A stretch of 64,000 bases of DNA from a virus. Lineage: Duplodnaviria; Caudoviricetes. The position numbers were made by a program, and so were the translations under genes. Every line of letters starts with the position of its first letter. Position 1 is the first letter of the stretch. Positions 10,499 through 22,038 of this stretch are shown here, piece by piece. The notes below the pieces were generated by a model. That model searched no databases and was not told where the DNA came from. It worked only from the letters and a program-made list of their open reading frames with translations. Where the stretch lies: positions 51,074 through 115,073 of IMG/VR virus record IMGVR_UViG_3300032030_000026; one strand, written 5' to 3'.

Positions 10499-12649
10499 TT
10501 AGAGTATTTCTAAATCCGGAACTATACAGGGATATATATACTGCCACAAATCATACATAGACATATTATTATTGTTGCGAGCATTTAATATGGCATCATT
10601 ATATGCATATCCATATTTTCCCGTAAATTCAATCCAAATTTTTCTCATATTTTCATATACTTCGCGGGATGTAATGTATGTATTGTTTTTTATTCTCAAG
10701 CATTTATTTTCACACCCAATCTCGTTTAAAAATTCATCCACCAGCGGCTTATGGCCTCCACATGTGTCATCGCGTTCTATGGCACCGGACATAGTAATCA
10801 TCTTGTTTGGAGTCTCAATGATTTTTTCATACAATCCCCTATGGAATTCCGGGGTTGCAAAAAATGAATTAAGAGAATTATTAAGAATATCTAATTTTTC
10901 ATAATCATTACATTCTTTATTATACAGACTCACATCGTACCCCATATTAAACACAATCTGTGGTTGTCCATATGTTTCGCATTCACAAACATCCGGCATC
11001 CATGCAGAACAATAAGATGGATAATAAAATACATTACATAAAAAATTCATATTCCCGTATCTCGATTCACAAACATTAAGGTCCGGATCTCCGCAGATAG
11101 TCAGATCAACATCCGCTGACGGAAGTATATAACCCGAAATCATGTCTTTCTTTCTTTCGGCATACCAAGATATATCAAATGGCTCCCAATGGCATATCAA
11201 ACTAAGCTTCGGGCGGAAAGTCCAGTTTGGTTTCATGCCTTTACTTAATAAAAATTTTTGTTCTTCTACGGATAGTGGCCCTTGTATGTCCGTAAAATAA
11301 TTTATGTTCTGGTTCCAATTCCACCACGTATATCCATCCACACTAGACATATCTAACCCGGCATGACCCCTTTTATATTTATTGTAGTAATAATCCTTGA
11401 TATTCTTAATAATATAGTGATTTATCCATACGGTATCTAATTCACTATCTCTCCATCGGAATGTAATATGGCTCACATTGTTGCCTAAACAGTCCCTAAC
11501 GTTTAATTTCTTTCCGACAGCGGACCATATAGTATGTTCATTCATATCCAAAGCCAGTCCGGATCTGGAAATAGTTTTATACCAGCCATTCATATTTTCC
11601 GGGCGGCAATCTTTCCGGACGTTATTTGATATTGGTTCCGTGCAGTATTCGTATATCGGAACATCTATAGGAGTTACATCCGGATTGGCATGAAAACATC
11701 TCCACTGTAATATATAAGCATCGGTATCGGGAAATCTGCTTAAAAATTCTTTAATATTTATGTAATTTTCACTTTTTATGTTTATAAATTCATCAATATC
11801 TATGAATGCTACCCATTTATATATATTGTCATTGCAAAATGTCTTATATTGTGCAATTTGCTGAGCCTTTTCTCCTCTTGCATTGCGTATTTCAACACGA
11901 GCAAATTTCTTTTCTAGCCAATCATAAGTTTCCGGAGAATCCGCATCGTTGTTGTCATAAATGTAGATTCTATCAAATCCTAAGTTCAGATGCCATCTGC
12001 ACCAGTCTTCCAAATAGTTATTTTCTTGCTTAGCAATGGCGCATATTACAACTTCTTGCGATCTGTTTTCATAATCCTCTATAGACATAGTTAACCCCAG
12101 ATCTTTAGCCATATTATGCCAAGTATCTACGTTTACATCCCATTCCGGAATAGTTCTTTTTAAAAATTTATTGTGATCCGTTTTCCTGATAATAGTAGTA
12201 CCGTGGTCAAAATCATACAAAACATGTATTAGTAAATCATCATGTTCCCCAACTAATTTTAATAAAGCTTTATAGCAATCTCCATTCCACACTCCACCCG
12301 GTACCGGATCATGAGAAGCTACATAGTCGGATGCCGGCCACATATCATGACATAATATAGTCCCCCCAGCATTTAATGACTTTAGAGAATTTATAATATC
12401 TCTATAAACTTGTTCGTGTTGGTGAAGTCCATCTATGAATATTAGATCAAACTTCTGCCGATTTTTTAAAAAGAAATCGTCTGATGTGGTGATCATATTA
12501 GCCTTTGATTGTTCATTAGGGTCGACACCTATTTTAAATTCAGCAATAACATTATCAAAAACATCTCCACGATCAACACCTATCTCTAGATACGATTTGT
12601 AATTATGTTTTTCTATTAAAAAATTTATAAGATCTAATCTATTGTTCAT
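10499..12649 (-). CDS. class I SAM methyltransferase (Methyltransf_24-like) fused to a GT-A glycosyltransferase domain
   Basis: YLEIGV..G and FDLIFIDGLH..GGTILCHD, then ICAIAKQENNYLEDW..WHLNLGFDRIYIYDNN and AFIDIDEF (DxD). Confidence 0.8.
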   Translation of the reverse strand: MNNRLDLINFLIEKHNYKSYLEIGVDRGDVFDNVIAEFKIGVDPNEQSKANMITTSDDFFLKNRQKFDLIFIDGLHQHEQVYRDIINSLKSLNAGGTILCHDMWPASDYVASHDPVPGGVWNGDCYKALLKLVGEHDDLLIHVLYDFDHGTTIIRKTDHNKFLKRTIPEWDVNVDTWHNMAKDLGLTMSIEDYENRSQEVVICAIAKQENNYLEDWCRWHLNLGFDRIYIYDNNDADSPETYDWLEKKFARVEIRNARGEKAQQIAQYKTFCNDNIYKWVAFIDIDEFINIKSENYINIKEFLSRFPDTDAYILQWRCFHANPDVTPIDVPIYEYCTEPISNNVRKDCRPENMNGWYKTISRSGLALDMNEHTIWSAVGKKLNVRDCLGNNVSHITFRWRDSELDTVWINHYIIKNIKDYYYNKYKRGHAGLDMSSVDGYTWWNWNQNINYFTDIQGPLSVEEQKFLLSKGMKPNWTFRPKLSLICHWEPFDISWYAERKKDMISGYILPSADVDLTICGDPDLNVCESRYGNMNFLCNVFYYPSYCSAWMPDVCECETYGQPQIVFNMGYDVSLYNKECNDYEKLDILNNSLNSFFATPEFHRGLYEKIIETPNKMITMSGAIERDDTCGGHKPLVDEFLNEIGCENKCLRIKNNTYITSREVYENMRKIWIEFTGKYGYAYNDAILNARNNNNMSMYDLWQYIYPCIVPDLEIL

Positions 12650-12665
12650 ATTTTATTTTTAATTT

Positions 12666-13472
12666 CTAAATCTCGGGAATCCAAGCATAGGTCCATTTAT
12701 CCTGGAAAAAATACATCCAATTATCAATTTCCGCCCGGTTATCCGTCATATTTATAAACGGAGCAAACCCGTCCTTTTGAGAGATTTCCGAATTATGATA
12801 GCAATAATCAAACCATTTGCAAAATAAAAATCGATTATGCAATAGAATAAATCTAGGATCATGATATGCCATTTTGTATACGGCATATGTAAGAGTTGTT
12901 TGGTTGATGCGGTCAACCTGTCCGTTTTTACCCCATAGAAACATAGTAGTCCAGGTATGATCGTTTATAGCATGTGTGAGTTTAGTGTTCTTATATACAA
13001 TTATGGTACTCTGTAAAAGGCCTTCCGAGCGATATCCGGCATTATCCAAATATTGCTTAACCCTTATAGCATCCTCTTTAGAAAATCCATAATATCCAAA
13101 ATGAGCCCATCGATCTACTTCCGACCGGATATCGTTAACTATAGTGTTTTGCAATGTGCCGTACTCCCAATCTTCCTTTTCAAATTTCTCTAACATCTCG
13201 ATCGGGTCTTTTTTTATTTGTATGGACCCATCTATATATAAACATATATTGGTATTTACGAACTCAAATGGATGATATCGGACATATGCCCAGCGATCCG
13301 GACCTTCCGGATAATCTAAAAGCTGTGAATAATATAATATTTTCCAGGTATCCGATTTCAAATTCGGGTTATCCGTTACCATTATATATTCTATATCCGG
13401 ATTTGGCTCCGATACTTCGCGGACCATTTCATATCCGGCAAATATGCATGACAATATACTATATTTGGGCAT
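12666..13472 (-). CDS. DUF616-like glycosyltransferase
   Basis: SCIFAGYE..YIMVTDN..HPFEF..CLYIDGSI..RINQTTL pattern. Confidence 0.65.
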   Translation of the reverse strand: MPKYSILSCIFAGYEMVREVSEPNPDIEYIMVTDNPNLKSDTWKILYYSQLLDYPEGPDRWAYVRYHPFEFVNTNICLYIDGSIQIKKDPIEMLEKFEKEDWEYGTLQNTIVNDIRSEVDRWAHFGYYGFSKEDAIRVKQYLDNAGYRSEGLLQSTIIVYKNTKLTHAINDHTWTTMFLWGKNGQVDRINQTTLTYAVYKMAYHDPRFILLHNRFLFCKWFDYCYHNSEISQKDGFAPFINMTDNRAEIDNWMYFFQDKWTYAWIPEI

Positions 13473-13574
13473 ATATATTTATTGATTTATAATATAATAT
13501 TATATTCTCCTCCGAAATTTCTAAAACTTGCATGTGTTCAATATTTATTTTTTTATCAAGGAATTTATATTGAT

Positions 13575-15623
13575 ATGAGTAATAAGATATATGATCATAA
13601 TATAGACGCACAGCCATTTAAGAGTATATTGCCGTATGACCGGGTTGATATTGATAACGATGTTGTCAATAACATGAATTATTATCGGCATTGGGGCGTA
13701 TTTGGTCTTAAAGACGAACCCTCCCTGATGGTTTGGACGCGCATGAAAGGCGGTCAGGTAGAGTATTATATTCCTGCTCATAAAGATTTGAATGATAAAG
13801 AGGTATCCGAAGTAGGCAATATTCCGGAAGAAGAAGTATATTATACGGATAAAAGAAATCCGCGTGTTGGTACCAAATCTCTTTTCAATAATGTTAATGC
13901 GGTGGCGTTCCAGCCGGAATACGCTGTACACTCTAATGCCCCTTTGATTGATTCAAGAGAGGTCCGCAAGAGAATGAGAGATCTTGGAGATTGTTCTATT
14001 AAGGCGCTGGTTAATGCATCTCAAGAAGGGCGCATGGGGCGTGCGGTGTATGATTATAATGATTTTATGTTTTGTAAATATCTGGGTCAGGTATCTAATA
14101 ATTATCTAATAACCCTAAGAAGATTTCCTTTTCCGTCCGGAGATAATATTAATCTAGTATTGCATGGCGAGGATGAAAACGAGAATCAGACTCAAAATCA
14201 TATGCCGGATATAGGAAGACTGGTGACATGGATGGGAACTCCCGGCAATGATATGGAGAATATTTTGAAATATAAAGTTTTGATGCCATATAAAGAACTC
14301 ACGTCTTCCATAGAGCAGACTAGTGGCGGTGGTGAAGGTGGCGGCATTATGGGAACGATTTTAAATCTGACCAGTCCGGCATATGCTCACAGTGTATATC
14401 GCGGACGAGCCGGATCCGGATCTATTGCTCACCTTAAAGCATTAACTCAAACCAGATTAGGCGGTATGATGGGTATGGGAAGAATGGGAAATTTATTACA
14501 AGGTCCTAGAGATGAGGGGGCTTCCGGACATATGGATAGGACTAAAAATTATGGTCCCGTAGATGTCATATCTAAAACTCATATTAGACAGGGTGGTGAA
14601 GATGGTGGTCTGACATTTGAGCAAGAAATCAACTTGACATTTGATTATGAGTTGCGCTCATATGACAATATCAATACCCGCGCGGCATTTTTGGATCTGC
14701 TTGGGAATATATTGACTGTGACATATGTGGATGGCCGGTTCTGGGGCGGCGCATATATGGGGACCGGTGTGTCTCAGAATAAATTATTTTCTAACCTCCC
14801 GATATATAATTTACAACAGCCATTTAATTTTGGTGACTTGTATAACGCCGGAGTAGCTTCTTTAAAGATGATTGGACAAGAATTGAATGGGGGTAAACCT
14901 GTAACCGGTGTTAAGGATATTGTAAATGCGGCTGTTCAATTAGGTAAAAACATGCTCACCGTACTGGCTGGTGGCTTATTAAATGGACTTGGACGCCCGC
15001 AGCGCCAGGCTGTCAACTCTCTATTAACTAATGCACCGGTCGGCCTCTGGCATCTCACCATTGGAAATCCCAAGCATCCTATCATGTCTATGGGAAATAT
15101 GATTCTTGATGATGTTAGTATCCAGCATTATGGCAGATTGGGATTAGATGATTTTCCGGTTGGACTGCGGGTTAATATCTCTTTGAAACACGGTATGCCG
15201 CGTGATGCAAAAGGCATAGAACATATGTATATGATGGGGGATTCTAGAATATATCAGCATATGGACGAAGATCTGCTTTATATGTATGAAGCAGCCCAGC
15301 CTTTAGACGCTAAATCTAAGATGAAAGGTAAAAAAGCCAAGGGCTCGGGTAAAAAAGACTCCGTGAAAAATATAATAGATGAAATGAATAAAATAAATAA
15401 AAAAATAGGAACAATCTCAGGAAGAATAGCTAGAATGACAACCGATATATTAAATGGTGACCCGAATGCCGATGTAGACGCCATAACAAAAACTATAACA
15501 AATAGACTGAATCAGGTTGCTGGTGTGGGAAGAATAGTAGGGCAGTTCGGTACTAATTCTATTAAACAGATTGTTATATCCTCTAAGGAAAGTTATAAGG
15601 GTAATGATAAGATTACAAAATAA
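13575..15623 (+). CDS. putative baseplate/tail-tube junction structural protein
   Basis: probable start ATG 13575; C-terminal WHLTIGNP..MILDDVSI..DDFP..VNISL resembles tube-fold baseplate proteins. Confidence 0.45.
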   Translation: MSNKIYDHNIDAQPFKSILPYDRVDIDNDVVNNMNYYRHWGVFGLKDEPSLMVWTRMKGGQVEYYIPAHKDLNDKEVSEVGNIPEEEVYYTDKRNPRVGTKSLFNNVNAVAFQPEYAVHSNAPLIDSREVRKRMRDLGDCSIKALVNASQEGRMGRAVYDYNDFMFCKYLGQVSNNYLITLRRFPFPSGDNINLVLHGEDENENQTQNHMPDIGRLVTWMGTPGNDMENILKYKVLMPYKELTSSIEQTSGGGEGGGIMGTILNLTSPAYAHSVYRGRAGSGSIAHLKALTQTRLGGMMGMGRMGNLLQGPRDEGASGHMDRTKNYGPVDVISKTHIRQGGEDGGLTFEQEINLTFDYELRSYDNINTRAAFLDLLGNILTVTYVDGRFWGGAYMGTGVSQNKLFSNLPIYNLQQPFNFGDLYNAGVASLKMIGQELNGGKPVTGVKDIVNAAVQLGKNMLTVLAGGLLNGLGRPQRQAVNSLLTNAPVGLWHLTIGNPKHPIMSMGNMILDDVSIQHYGRLGLDDFPVGLRVNISLKHGMPRDAKGIEHMYMMGDSRIYQHMDEDLLYMYEAAQPLDAKSKMKGKKAKGSGKKDSVKNIIDEMNKINKKIGTISGRIARMTTDILNGDPNADVDAITKTITNRLNQVAGVGRIVGQFGTNSIKQIVISSKESYKGNDKITK

Positions 15624-15689
15624 TCATGTCTTACCATAAGAAACTCAATAAAAATAAGTATAATATATTAAAAATATCATAATTATATC

Positions 15690-18600
15690 ATGAATTCGTT
15701 TACGGAATGTTTAAAACAGATAACCTCTCTGACTAAGAAGAATCTTCAGTTATTGAAGATGATTAATGATTCTTTTTATACTAAAAAAAATCACTTAGTT
15801 TCTATAGTTGATGGAGAACAATATGTGATACCATCATTTCTGTCATTGGAGAGCAAAATAGATAATATAGAAGCTAATTTACAAAATATCCTGGATGCAC
15901 CAAAAACCGGAGAAGCATTTACATATTATGACGGCACGACACAAAAAATAGAGCTATCCGGCTATTCGAACACTCCGCCAAAAACGGATATTGTGGCTCC
16001 GGATACATTCTCGGCCTCGGTTAATCATATTTTCAAAGATTTTATGACCCCACAACCTACCGTACGATTTGATATTGGTGGGATTGCTAATAATATCAAA
16101 CACGTATTAGTTAAAAAAGTAGCTATTCATAATCCTATCTTGCTAGGTTTGATATCAGATAATGTTACAACTAGCAGCGAAGATATTACCGAGGAAGGAG
16201 ATAAGAAAAGAGGTGCTATAGAATACGGTGATCTTGTTAAAACATTGTTTAATTACAGCAATGGTGTAGATTATGAAGAATATGATACTATACGCCGATT
16301 GCCATTGAGAATGGATAATCCGTCCGGCGAATATGATATTTTAGAGATTATCGATACCTGGCAGGACGAGAATTTCGAAGAGCACTATACTATTCGTCTG
16401 GATAAAGATTTAGTATATTACGTAAGAAATGGCACCATTCAAAAAAATATCATGATCGGCGACTACCTGGTTAGCCATAACGACAAGGTCGAAATGATTG
16501 TAGAAGACACTAATCCTGTTAATAGATCGCTGACTGTTAAGATATTGCATGGTGCGTATGCCGAATTATATGATGTGACCTCCGGTAATATCGGAATGTA
16601 TCGACTTAAATATCATAAAGTTAATGATGAGATGTTCTCATCTTCTAAATATATAGAAGTGCCGCTAGAGGAAGATGAGCATATATGCATATTTATTGCT
16701 CCTATTAATGATACTACCAACACACAGGCCGCTTTTGGTACCGGAGCATATTTATATACAAACTATCTAATTATGTCTACTCCGAATGGAGAAGAAAGCT
16801 TTGCTGATTATTATCGTGATAATGTTAATAATATTGGGGATGCATTGTTTGCTATTACCAATATGATGAATGACGATGATCAAGTAGAAAAACTTACCGG
16901 GTCCGAATTTTTAGCTCTTTCTACAACTAAGCCATCTTTAAGTACGGAAGATCTTACTATATATCAGATCAACAAACATTTAAACGACTCCGAAAGTGTC
17001 AAAAAAATACGCAATCTGTATAGTCAGAAAGTCCATTATAAAAACGAATTATCCGATATTGAGAAAAAGATAGATGACATTAATAATATATTAGCGGATT
17101 CCTCATTTGACGATACGGATGAAACCCGTGAGTCCTATAAGGCGCAACTTCGGGAGTTAAATGCTCATCGCAGGGAGCTTACTCAGAATATTGTATCTAT
17201 CGTGCAAGAAATATCGGAGAACGCCAATTCATCGGACACACCCATAGAAAACGCAAAGTATCATATTCGCGGATTTGTTGATGTTAATGTACCCGGGAGA
17301 GCTAATGTGATTGGCATAGATGTTGAATATAGATATAAAAACAAAAATAAATTCACGGGCAATGCCGAAACTATAGGAGAATCTTATATATATTCGGATT
17401 GGAATAAGATGGATTCTTTTATAAATGCTAAGTTGCCAAAATACGACACAATTACCGGCAAATACTCATATGAATGGGAATCTGGCAATGAGTCCGTTAA
17501 TGAACCTTCTTTTAATCAAATCGATATACCCATCTCTCAAGGAGAAAATGTAGATATCCGGGTTAGATTTATATATAATCTGGGATGGCCGCTTATTACG
17601 TTCCGTTCCGACTGGTCCGATATTTTAAATATGGAGTTCCCCGAGGAGTTTATTAAAGATATTGAAATCTTAGATATCATATCGGAAAATAATGATGATA
17701 TCAAACAACATCAATTTACCGGAATCTTAGAAAAAGAAGGAATTTTGGACCATGTATATGATAAAATCCGCGACATGGACCTTACATATTTCCATCAACC
17801 GGAACACATAGCTAGTGGATTTTACACTCCGGAACGCCGAGTCATTCCTCTTTCCGAGCAACTCATGTCCATGGCTAGGACTTTGTCTGACTTGCAGACG
17901 GAAGTCAATGGCGCCACAGCTCAACTGGTGTTGACCGTATCCGATGGAATTCAAGAAACTACACTTCTGCCGGGAATAATGAATAGCTTCAGAGTCAGAT
18001 CTTATATTGACTCGGTTAATGAAGGAAGTTATCAGATGATGAAATTCGATAGAGATCCGGATCTGCCAACCGGCGCTCAGAATAATGAACTTGTTGAAGC
18101 TCCGTTAGCCGTATCTAATATGGTCGTTAATATATACAATCCAACGGAATATACTATTAAATTACATTCCATATTCCCCGGCGATAATACCGTAGATTTG
18201 GATGAAACATTGGCTTCTAATAGATTTGGATATATGAATTATATCGGAGGCGGATATTGCTTGACGGAAGGTACGGAGCCAAAATCATCTAATATTGGTG
18301 GCCACAGTTATGACCCCGGATTTGGTGTGTGGATGATGATATCTGATGATGGTTCTTCCGGCCAATATCGGACTCTTCAAAAGCAGAATCAATTTATATA
18401 TTTCCGCACCAATGTAGATGGAAAAACATTGTATTCCGCCGGAATATATGATGGAAGTGTGTTTAATAATACAAAACAATCCGTATCCGATGATAACTTC
18501 AACGGAAAGTTCCCGGAGAATCTAATATCCGCCGGAAATAACAGCATACTCGAATTAGAAGACTACTTATATTATATGTATTCCAGTTCAGACAGTTCTG

Positions 18601-19010
18601 GTGTCTTATATAAAGGTATGGCTAGTTTATATCCGAATCTTGGAAATATAGAAGAGATATGTGCACCGGCGGGTTCCGGTTTTTACGAATTAAAACCCGG
18701 CGAATCCGTACAGGTTCCTTTAAATTTTGCATATTGGATTTCAAACAATCAAAGTACGTCTACTCAGGCTGCCGGAGATCTTAATTCAAACACATCCGCG
18801 GTGATGCGCCCTTATGACAATAAAGTGACCCGTGCTATTGCATTTGATATCAGAACTTCACTTTTTGCCGATCCGGTAACATATAAATTGGCGGTCGAAG
18901 CCCATTATCAGGATTTGCAGACATTTAAGACGGCTAAGGTTAATAAAAAATCCGTGAGAAAACAATATTCTCCAACAACCGTTGTAAATCAAGGTAAAAA
19001 ACGCAGATAA
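15690..19010 (+). CDS. large putative virion structural protein with central coiled coil
   Basis: 1106-aa ORF at the head of a run containing gp15- and gp5-like genes. Confidence 0.6.
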   Translation: MNSFTECLKQITSLTKKNLQLLKMINDSFYTKKNHLVSIVDGEQYVIPSFLSLESKIDNIEANLQNILDAPKTGEAFTYYDGTTQKIELSGYSNTPPKTDIVAPDTFSASVNHIFKDFMTPQPTVRFDIGGIANNIKHVLVKKVAIHNPILLGLISDNVTTSSEDITEEGDKKRGAIEYGDLVKTLFNYSNGVDYEEYDTIRRLPLRMDNPSGEYDILEIIDTWQDENFEEHYTIRLDKDLVYYVRNGTIQKNIMIGDYLVSHNDKVEMIVEDTNPVNRSLTVKILHGAYAELYDVTSGNIGMYRLKYHKVNDEMFSSSKYIEVPLEEDEHICIFIAPINDTTNTQAAFGTGAYLYTNYLIMSTPNGEESFADYYRDNVNNIGDALFAITNMMNDDDQVEKLTGSEFLALSTTKPSLSTEDLTIYQINKHLNDSESVKKIRNLYSQKVHYKNELSDIEKKIDDINNILADSSFDDTDETRESYKAQLRELNAHRRELTQNIVSIVQEISENANSSDTPIENAKYHIRGFVDVNVPGRANVIGIDVEYRYKNKNKFTGNAETIGESYIYSDWNKMDSFINAKLPKYDTITGKYSYEWESGNESVNEPSFNQIDIPISQGENVDIRVRFIYNLGWPLITFRSDWSDILNMEFPEEFIKDIEILDIISENNDDIKQHQFTGILEKEGILDHVYDKIRDMDLTYFHQPEHIASGFYTPERRVIPLSEQLMSMARTLSDLQTEVNGATAQLVLTVSDGIQETTLLPGIMNSFRVRSYIDSVNEGSYQMMKFDRDPDLPTGAQNNELVEAPLAVSNMVVNIYNPTEYTIKLHSIFPGDNTVDLDETLASNRFGYMNYIGGGYCLTEGTEPKSSNIGGHSYDPGFGVWMMISDDGSSGQYRTLQKQNQFIYFRTNVDGKTLYSAGIYDGSVFNNTKQSVSDDNFNGKFPENLISAGNNSILELEDYLYYMYSSSDSSGVLYKGMASLYPNLGNIEEICAPAGSGFYELKPGESVQVPLNFAYWISNNQSTSTQAAGDLNSNTSAVMRPYDNKVTRAIAFDIRTSLFADPVTYKLAVEAHYQDLQTFKTAKVNKKSVRKQYSPTTVVNQGKKRR

Positions 19011-19012
19011 TC

Positions 19013-20041
19013 ATGATGACACCGGAAGAAAAAAATATCATATATAAAATCCGGAAAGGAGATATAGATGTGAATAATCAGCAGATATTTCTATCTCTGC
19101 TTATAAAGGGCCTAGTATGGAATCTTAATCAGAAGATAAAAATTCGCGGTATCCCCGTACCACACTTTATCATCAATACCGGTGACGATATTATGTATTT
19201 GGAGGTCAAAGGACAAGATCACTCCATAGAACCATTAGAAGTTTCTAATGAGAATTTTGTTTATAATTCCGTTCCCAGATGCCTAGTCACCCCGGAAGGT
19301 ATAACTATTCCAACCGATGATTTGTCATCTCCATATGCTAACGGCATGTTCCAATACGAAAGTGAGGACAATATATATAGTTATACGGCGGAATTCCGGA
19401 GACTGCCAATGGAGTTATCCGTATCATTAAAATATTATTTTGACTCATATACGGATTCGCTAGAAGGAATCCAACGTCTTCTGACCCATTGTGCTTTTGT
19501 GAATATTTTTGATATTCAGTATTTAGGTCAAACTATTCGCTCGAGTTACCAGATATCCGATCAATATGAAGCTCAATATCAGGTCGAATTTGATGGATTG
19601 AGTCAGGATAACAAATGCCGCGTGGTAGAAATGGATATTACTATAGACACTAACATGCCAATTATATATCCAAAAACCGCTATACTGGGTGATTTATTCA
19701 TCAAAGAAGGAGCACATCTGCTTAGTATACCCGGAGATAATATACAGGCTAGACAGTTCGCCTGCTATTCTTGCAATAATTATAAGAGAACCGGAGAGAG
19801 CGGATCTTATTTATGTCCGGCGTATTTGGTATATCGGAGACTTAAAGTACAAAACAATGAAATTACTCAAAAACAATCCGACTGGGCTCAAGAAAATAAT
19901 GCCGAAGTAGATTTTATAAAAAACAAACCGGATATTCCCACTTCTAAAGATGTTATTGATGATCTGAATCTAGCTAATAATCCCAATATTGATGATTTAT
20001 TTGAAGATGGTTGCCCGGAATACAGTCCAATCGGAGGATAA
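19013..20041 (+). CDS. T4 gp15-like tail terminator with a C-terminal fibre-type extension
   Basis: VPR..(gap)..LPMELSVSLKYYFDSYTDSLEGIQRLL resembles the gp15 core; tail has QSDW..FIKNKP and NIDDLF. Confidence 0.55.
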   Translation: MMTPEEKNIIYKIRKGDIDVNNQQIFLSLLIKGLVWNLNQKIKIRGIPVPHFIINTGDDIMYLEVKGQDHSIEPLEVSNENFVYNSVPRCLVTPEGITIPTDDLSSPYANGMFQYESEDNIYSYTAEFRRLPMELSVSLKYYFDSYTDSLEGIQRLLTHCAFVNIFDIQYLGQTIRSSYQISDQYEAQYQVEFDGLSQDNKCRVVEMDITIDTNMPIIYPKTAILGDLFIKEGAHLLSIPGDNIQARQFACYSCNNYKRTGESGSYLCPAYLVYRRLKVQNNEITQKQSDWAQENNAEVDFIKNKPDIPTSKDVIDDLNLANNPNIDDLFEDGCPEYSPIGG

Positions 20042-20057
20042 ATGAATTCACACCGAC

Positions 20058-20384
20058 ATGCCTATTACATTTTTACAAAAGATAGTAGGATTATCTAATC
20101 CAAATGGGACTCCCGTTATAAGGAGAGGTTCCGAAATTATATTACAGGGTCAAGAAGACATGACTATAAGACGGGGGCTGGAAATTACCGATACCGACAC
20201 CCCTATTATAACTTCCATGATTCAATCCGGCTATTTTAAACAAGAACAAGCCGACTGGAATCAAGAAGATAATGTTAAAGTTGATTATATTAAGAACAAA
20301 CCGGATATTTTAACACCGGATGAACTTATAGATCAATTAGAAAAAGCGTCCGATATTGATATTGATAATTTATTTGGATTTTAA
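20058..20384 (+). CDS. small fibre-module protein
   Basis: QADWNQEDNVKVDYIKNKP repeat and C-terminal ASDIDIDNLF. Confidence 0.65.
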   Translation: MPITFLQKIVGLSNPNGTPVIRRGSEIILQGQEDMTIRRGLEITDTDTPIITSMIQSGYFKQEQADWNQEDNVKVDYIKNKPDILTPDELIDQLEKASDIDIDNLFGF

Positions 20385-20411
20385 TGAAAAAATTATTAAA
20401 CGAACATTGTT

Positions 20412-21104
20412 ATGAAATTAAGATTTGGAGAATTAAGGCCCGGAAAGGTGCTGCGCGTAGAAGATTCCTACGGTACCATCAAAGGAAGCTGTCTCGGAAT
20501 ATTTGCGGAAACCGAAGATCCGGATAAACTCCCTCCAATGTTTCCTAATCCATTAGGACAGACTTCTTCCACATCATTTTGCCAGCCTCATGAGGGTGAT
20601 CTTATCTGGGTAATGTCCTTTTCCGACAATCCTTGGACATTATATTATACATTTCAAAACAGCGCCGGATATCATAATAAAGAAATTCTGGATAATAATT
20701 ATAAGGATGCCGAAATCTTAATGCGACGGAAAAACGAATCCGGAGAAGATGCTATGATGGAATATAATAGCAAAGACGGATCGGTTATTCGAAACGGTAA
20801 AGCTATATATCAAGCGGATCAAGATGGCAATCTTCATATGGAAAGAGAAGGAGAACACAGGACCGTTGAAGTTAATGAAGCCGGTATTTCATTAGGGAGT
20901 TCGGGTAAGTCCGACCAACCGGCGGTCTTAGGAGATAAATGCGAAGATTCTTTTAAATCCATATATAAATGTCTTATGCAAATAGCAACAGTATGCAAGG
21001 ATAATCCATACACAGCCGCTATTGCACCGGCTATTGAAAATGTGCTTCCTGAGATCAGAAGCAATATAGAACAAATAAAATCGGAATACGTAACTCTTGA
21101 TTAA
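20412..21104 (+). CDS. baseplate central spike protein (gp5/gpV-like OB fold)
   Basis: GKVLRVED..G.IK, P.EGDLIWV.F..NP, beta-repeat middle, QPAVLGD. Confidence 0.6.
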   Translation: MKLRFGELRPGKVLRVEDSYGTIKGSCLGIFAETEDPDKLPPMFPNPLGQTSSTSFCQPHEGDLIWVMSFSDNPWTLYYTFQNSAGYHNKEILDNNYKDAEILMRRKNESGEDAMMEYNSKDGSVIRNGKAIYQADQDGNLHMEREGEHRTVEVNEAGISLGSSGKSDQPAVLGDKCEDSFKSIYKCLMQIATVCKDNPYTAAIAPAIENVLPEIRSNIEQIKSEYVTLD

Positions 21105-21106
21105 TT

Positions 21107-21931
21107 ATGGATGTAAAAAATGCTATGGAAAGTATTGAAAATATAGGTAACGATAGTGTAAATACCGCCGCAAATGTATTAAATAATGTTACCAATCGCG
21201 CCTCCGATATATTGCGTGCTATGGAAAATACTCCCGAGTTTAAAAATTATAAGCCGGAAGATCCATTTAAAAAAGAAGATAAAGAATTGGGTATAGTTCC
21301 AAAAGAATTATCGGAATCGTCGGAAAATCCGGCTAAACCGATATCTAAAACACAACAACTCAAAGAAAAATTCCAACAAGGCGTAAAAAACATTATTCCC
21401 GGATTGAATATTGATAATATTCTTGAAAATCTCGCCGGCAAATGTAAACCGCTGCAAGATGCTATGGGGCCTATTAAAGACTCTATTTATAATATAAATG
21501 AGAATAAAAGATTAACTCCCGAAGAAAAAGTCATCCGAATCGAGGCTTTGAAAAAACAACGACAAAAGCAAATAGATGCCTGGAAAGAATCACAAAAAGA
21601 TTATGTTATGCATGTTATAAATGATATTAAGGCGGATTTTGGAGAAATCAAGTTTGGGGTAGAATCTTTGACTACTATGATCCCTATAGTAATATCTCAA
21701 ATCAACCTACCTACTTTCATAGGCACGGGAGCTCCTAATCCGGCTAGAATAGCGGCGGACTTTCTTTCATACAAAAGATTATTACAAGCTATAGCACACC
21801 CCATCCAAACAGCCGCATGCAAAATGCTAGATAATTGCGATAGGATCGGTTTTGATCTACCTGACCCTGTCCTTAAAGTAGTAGAGACCGTGGTCACATT
21901 AGGAGAAACAATAGATAAGATTCCCGGATAA
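21107..21931 (+). CDS. hypothetical protein
   Basis: 274-aa ORF closing the plus-strand structural run. Confidence 0.7.
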   Translation: MDVKNAMESIENIGNDSVNTAANVLNNVTNRASDILRAMENTPEFKNYKPEDPFKKEDKELGIVPKELSESSENPAKPISKTQQLKEKFQQGVKNIIPGLNIDNILENLAGKCKPLQDAMGPIKDSIYNINENKRLTPEEKVIRIEALKKQRQKQIDAWKESQKDYVMHVINDIKADFGEIKFGVESLTTMIPIVISQINLPTFIGTGAPNPARIAADFLSYKRLLQAIAHPIQTAACKMLDNCDRIGFDLPDPVLKVVETVVTLGETIDKIPG

Positions 21932-21963
21932 TATAATTATTTCGCGCATAAACATAGTAAATT

Positions 21964-22016
21964 CAAGCGATCGCGTCTTAGATGATTAGTTATATCACTT
22001 AAGGTACGATCGCTTG
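21964..22016. repeat. ~51-bp imperfect palindromic element, copy 2
   Basis: CAAGCGATCG...CGATCGCTTG between convergent genes. Confidence 0.8.
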
Positions 22017-22038
22017 TTATATCGCAGATATGAGAGTT

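Noticed and set aside
21941-21968. dif/Xer-like site (CGCATAA resembles the XerC arm)
   Set aside because: No XerD-type arm at the 6-bp spacing; the TTATGTTA at ~49593 likewise lacks a partner arm
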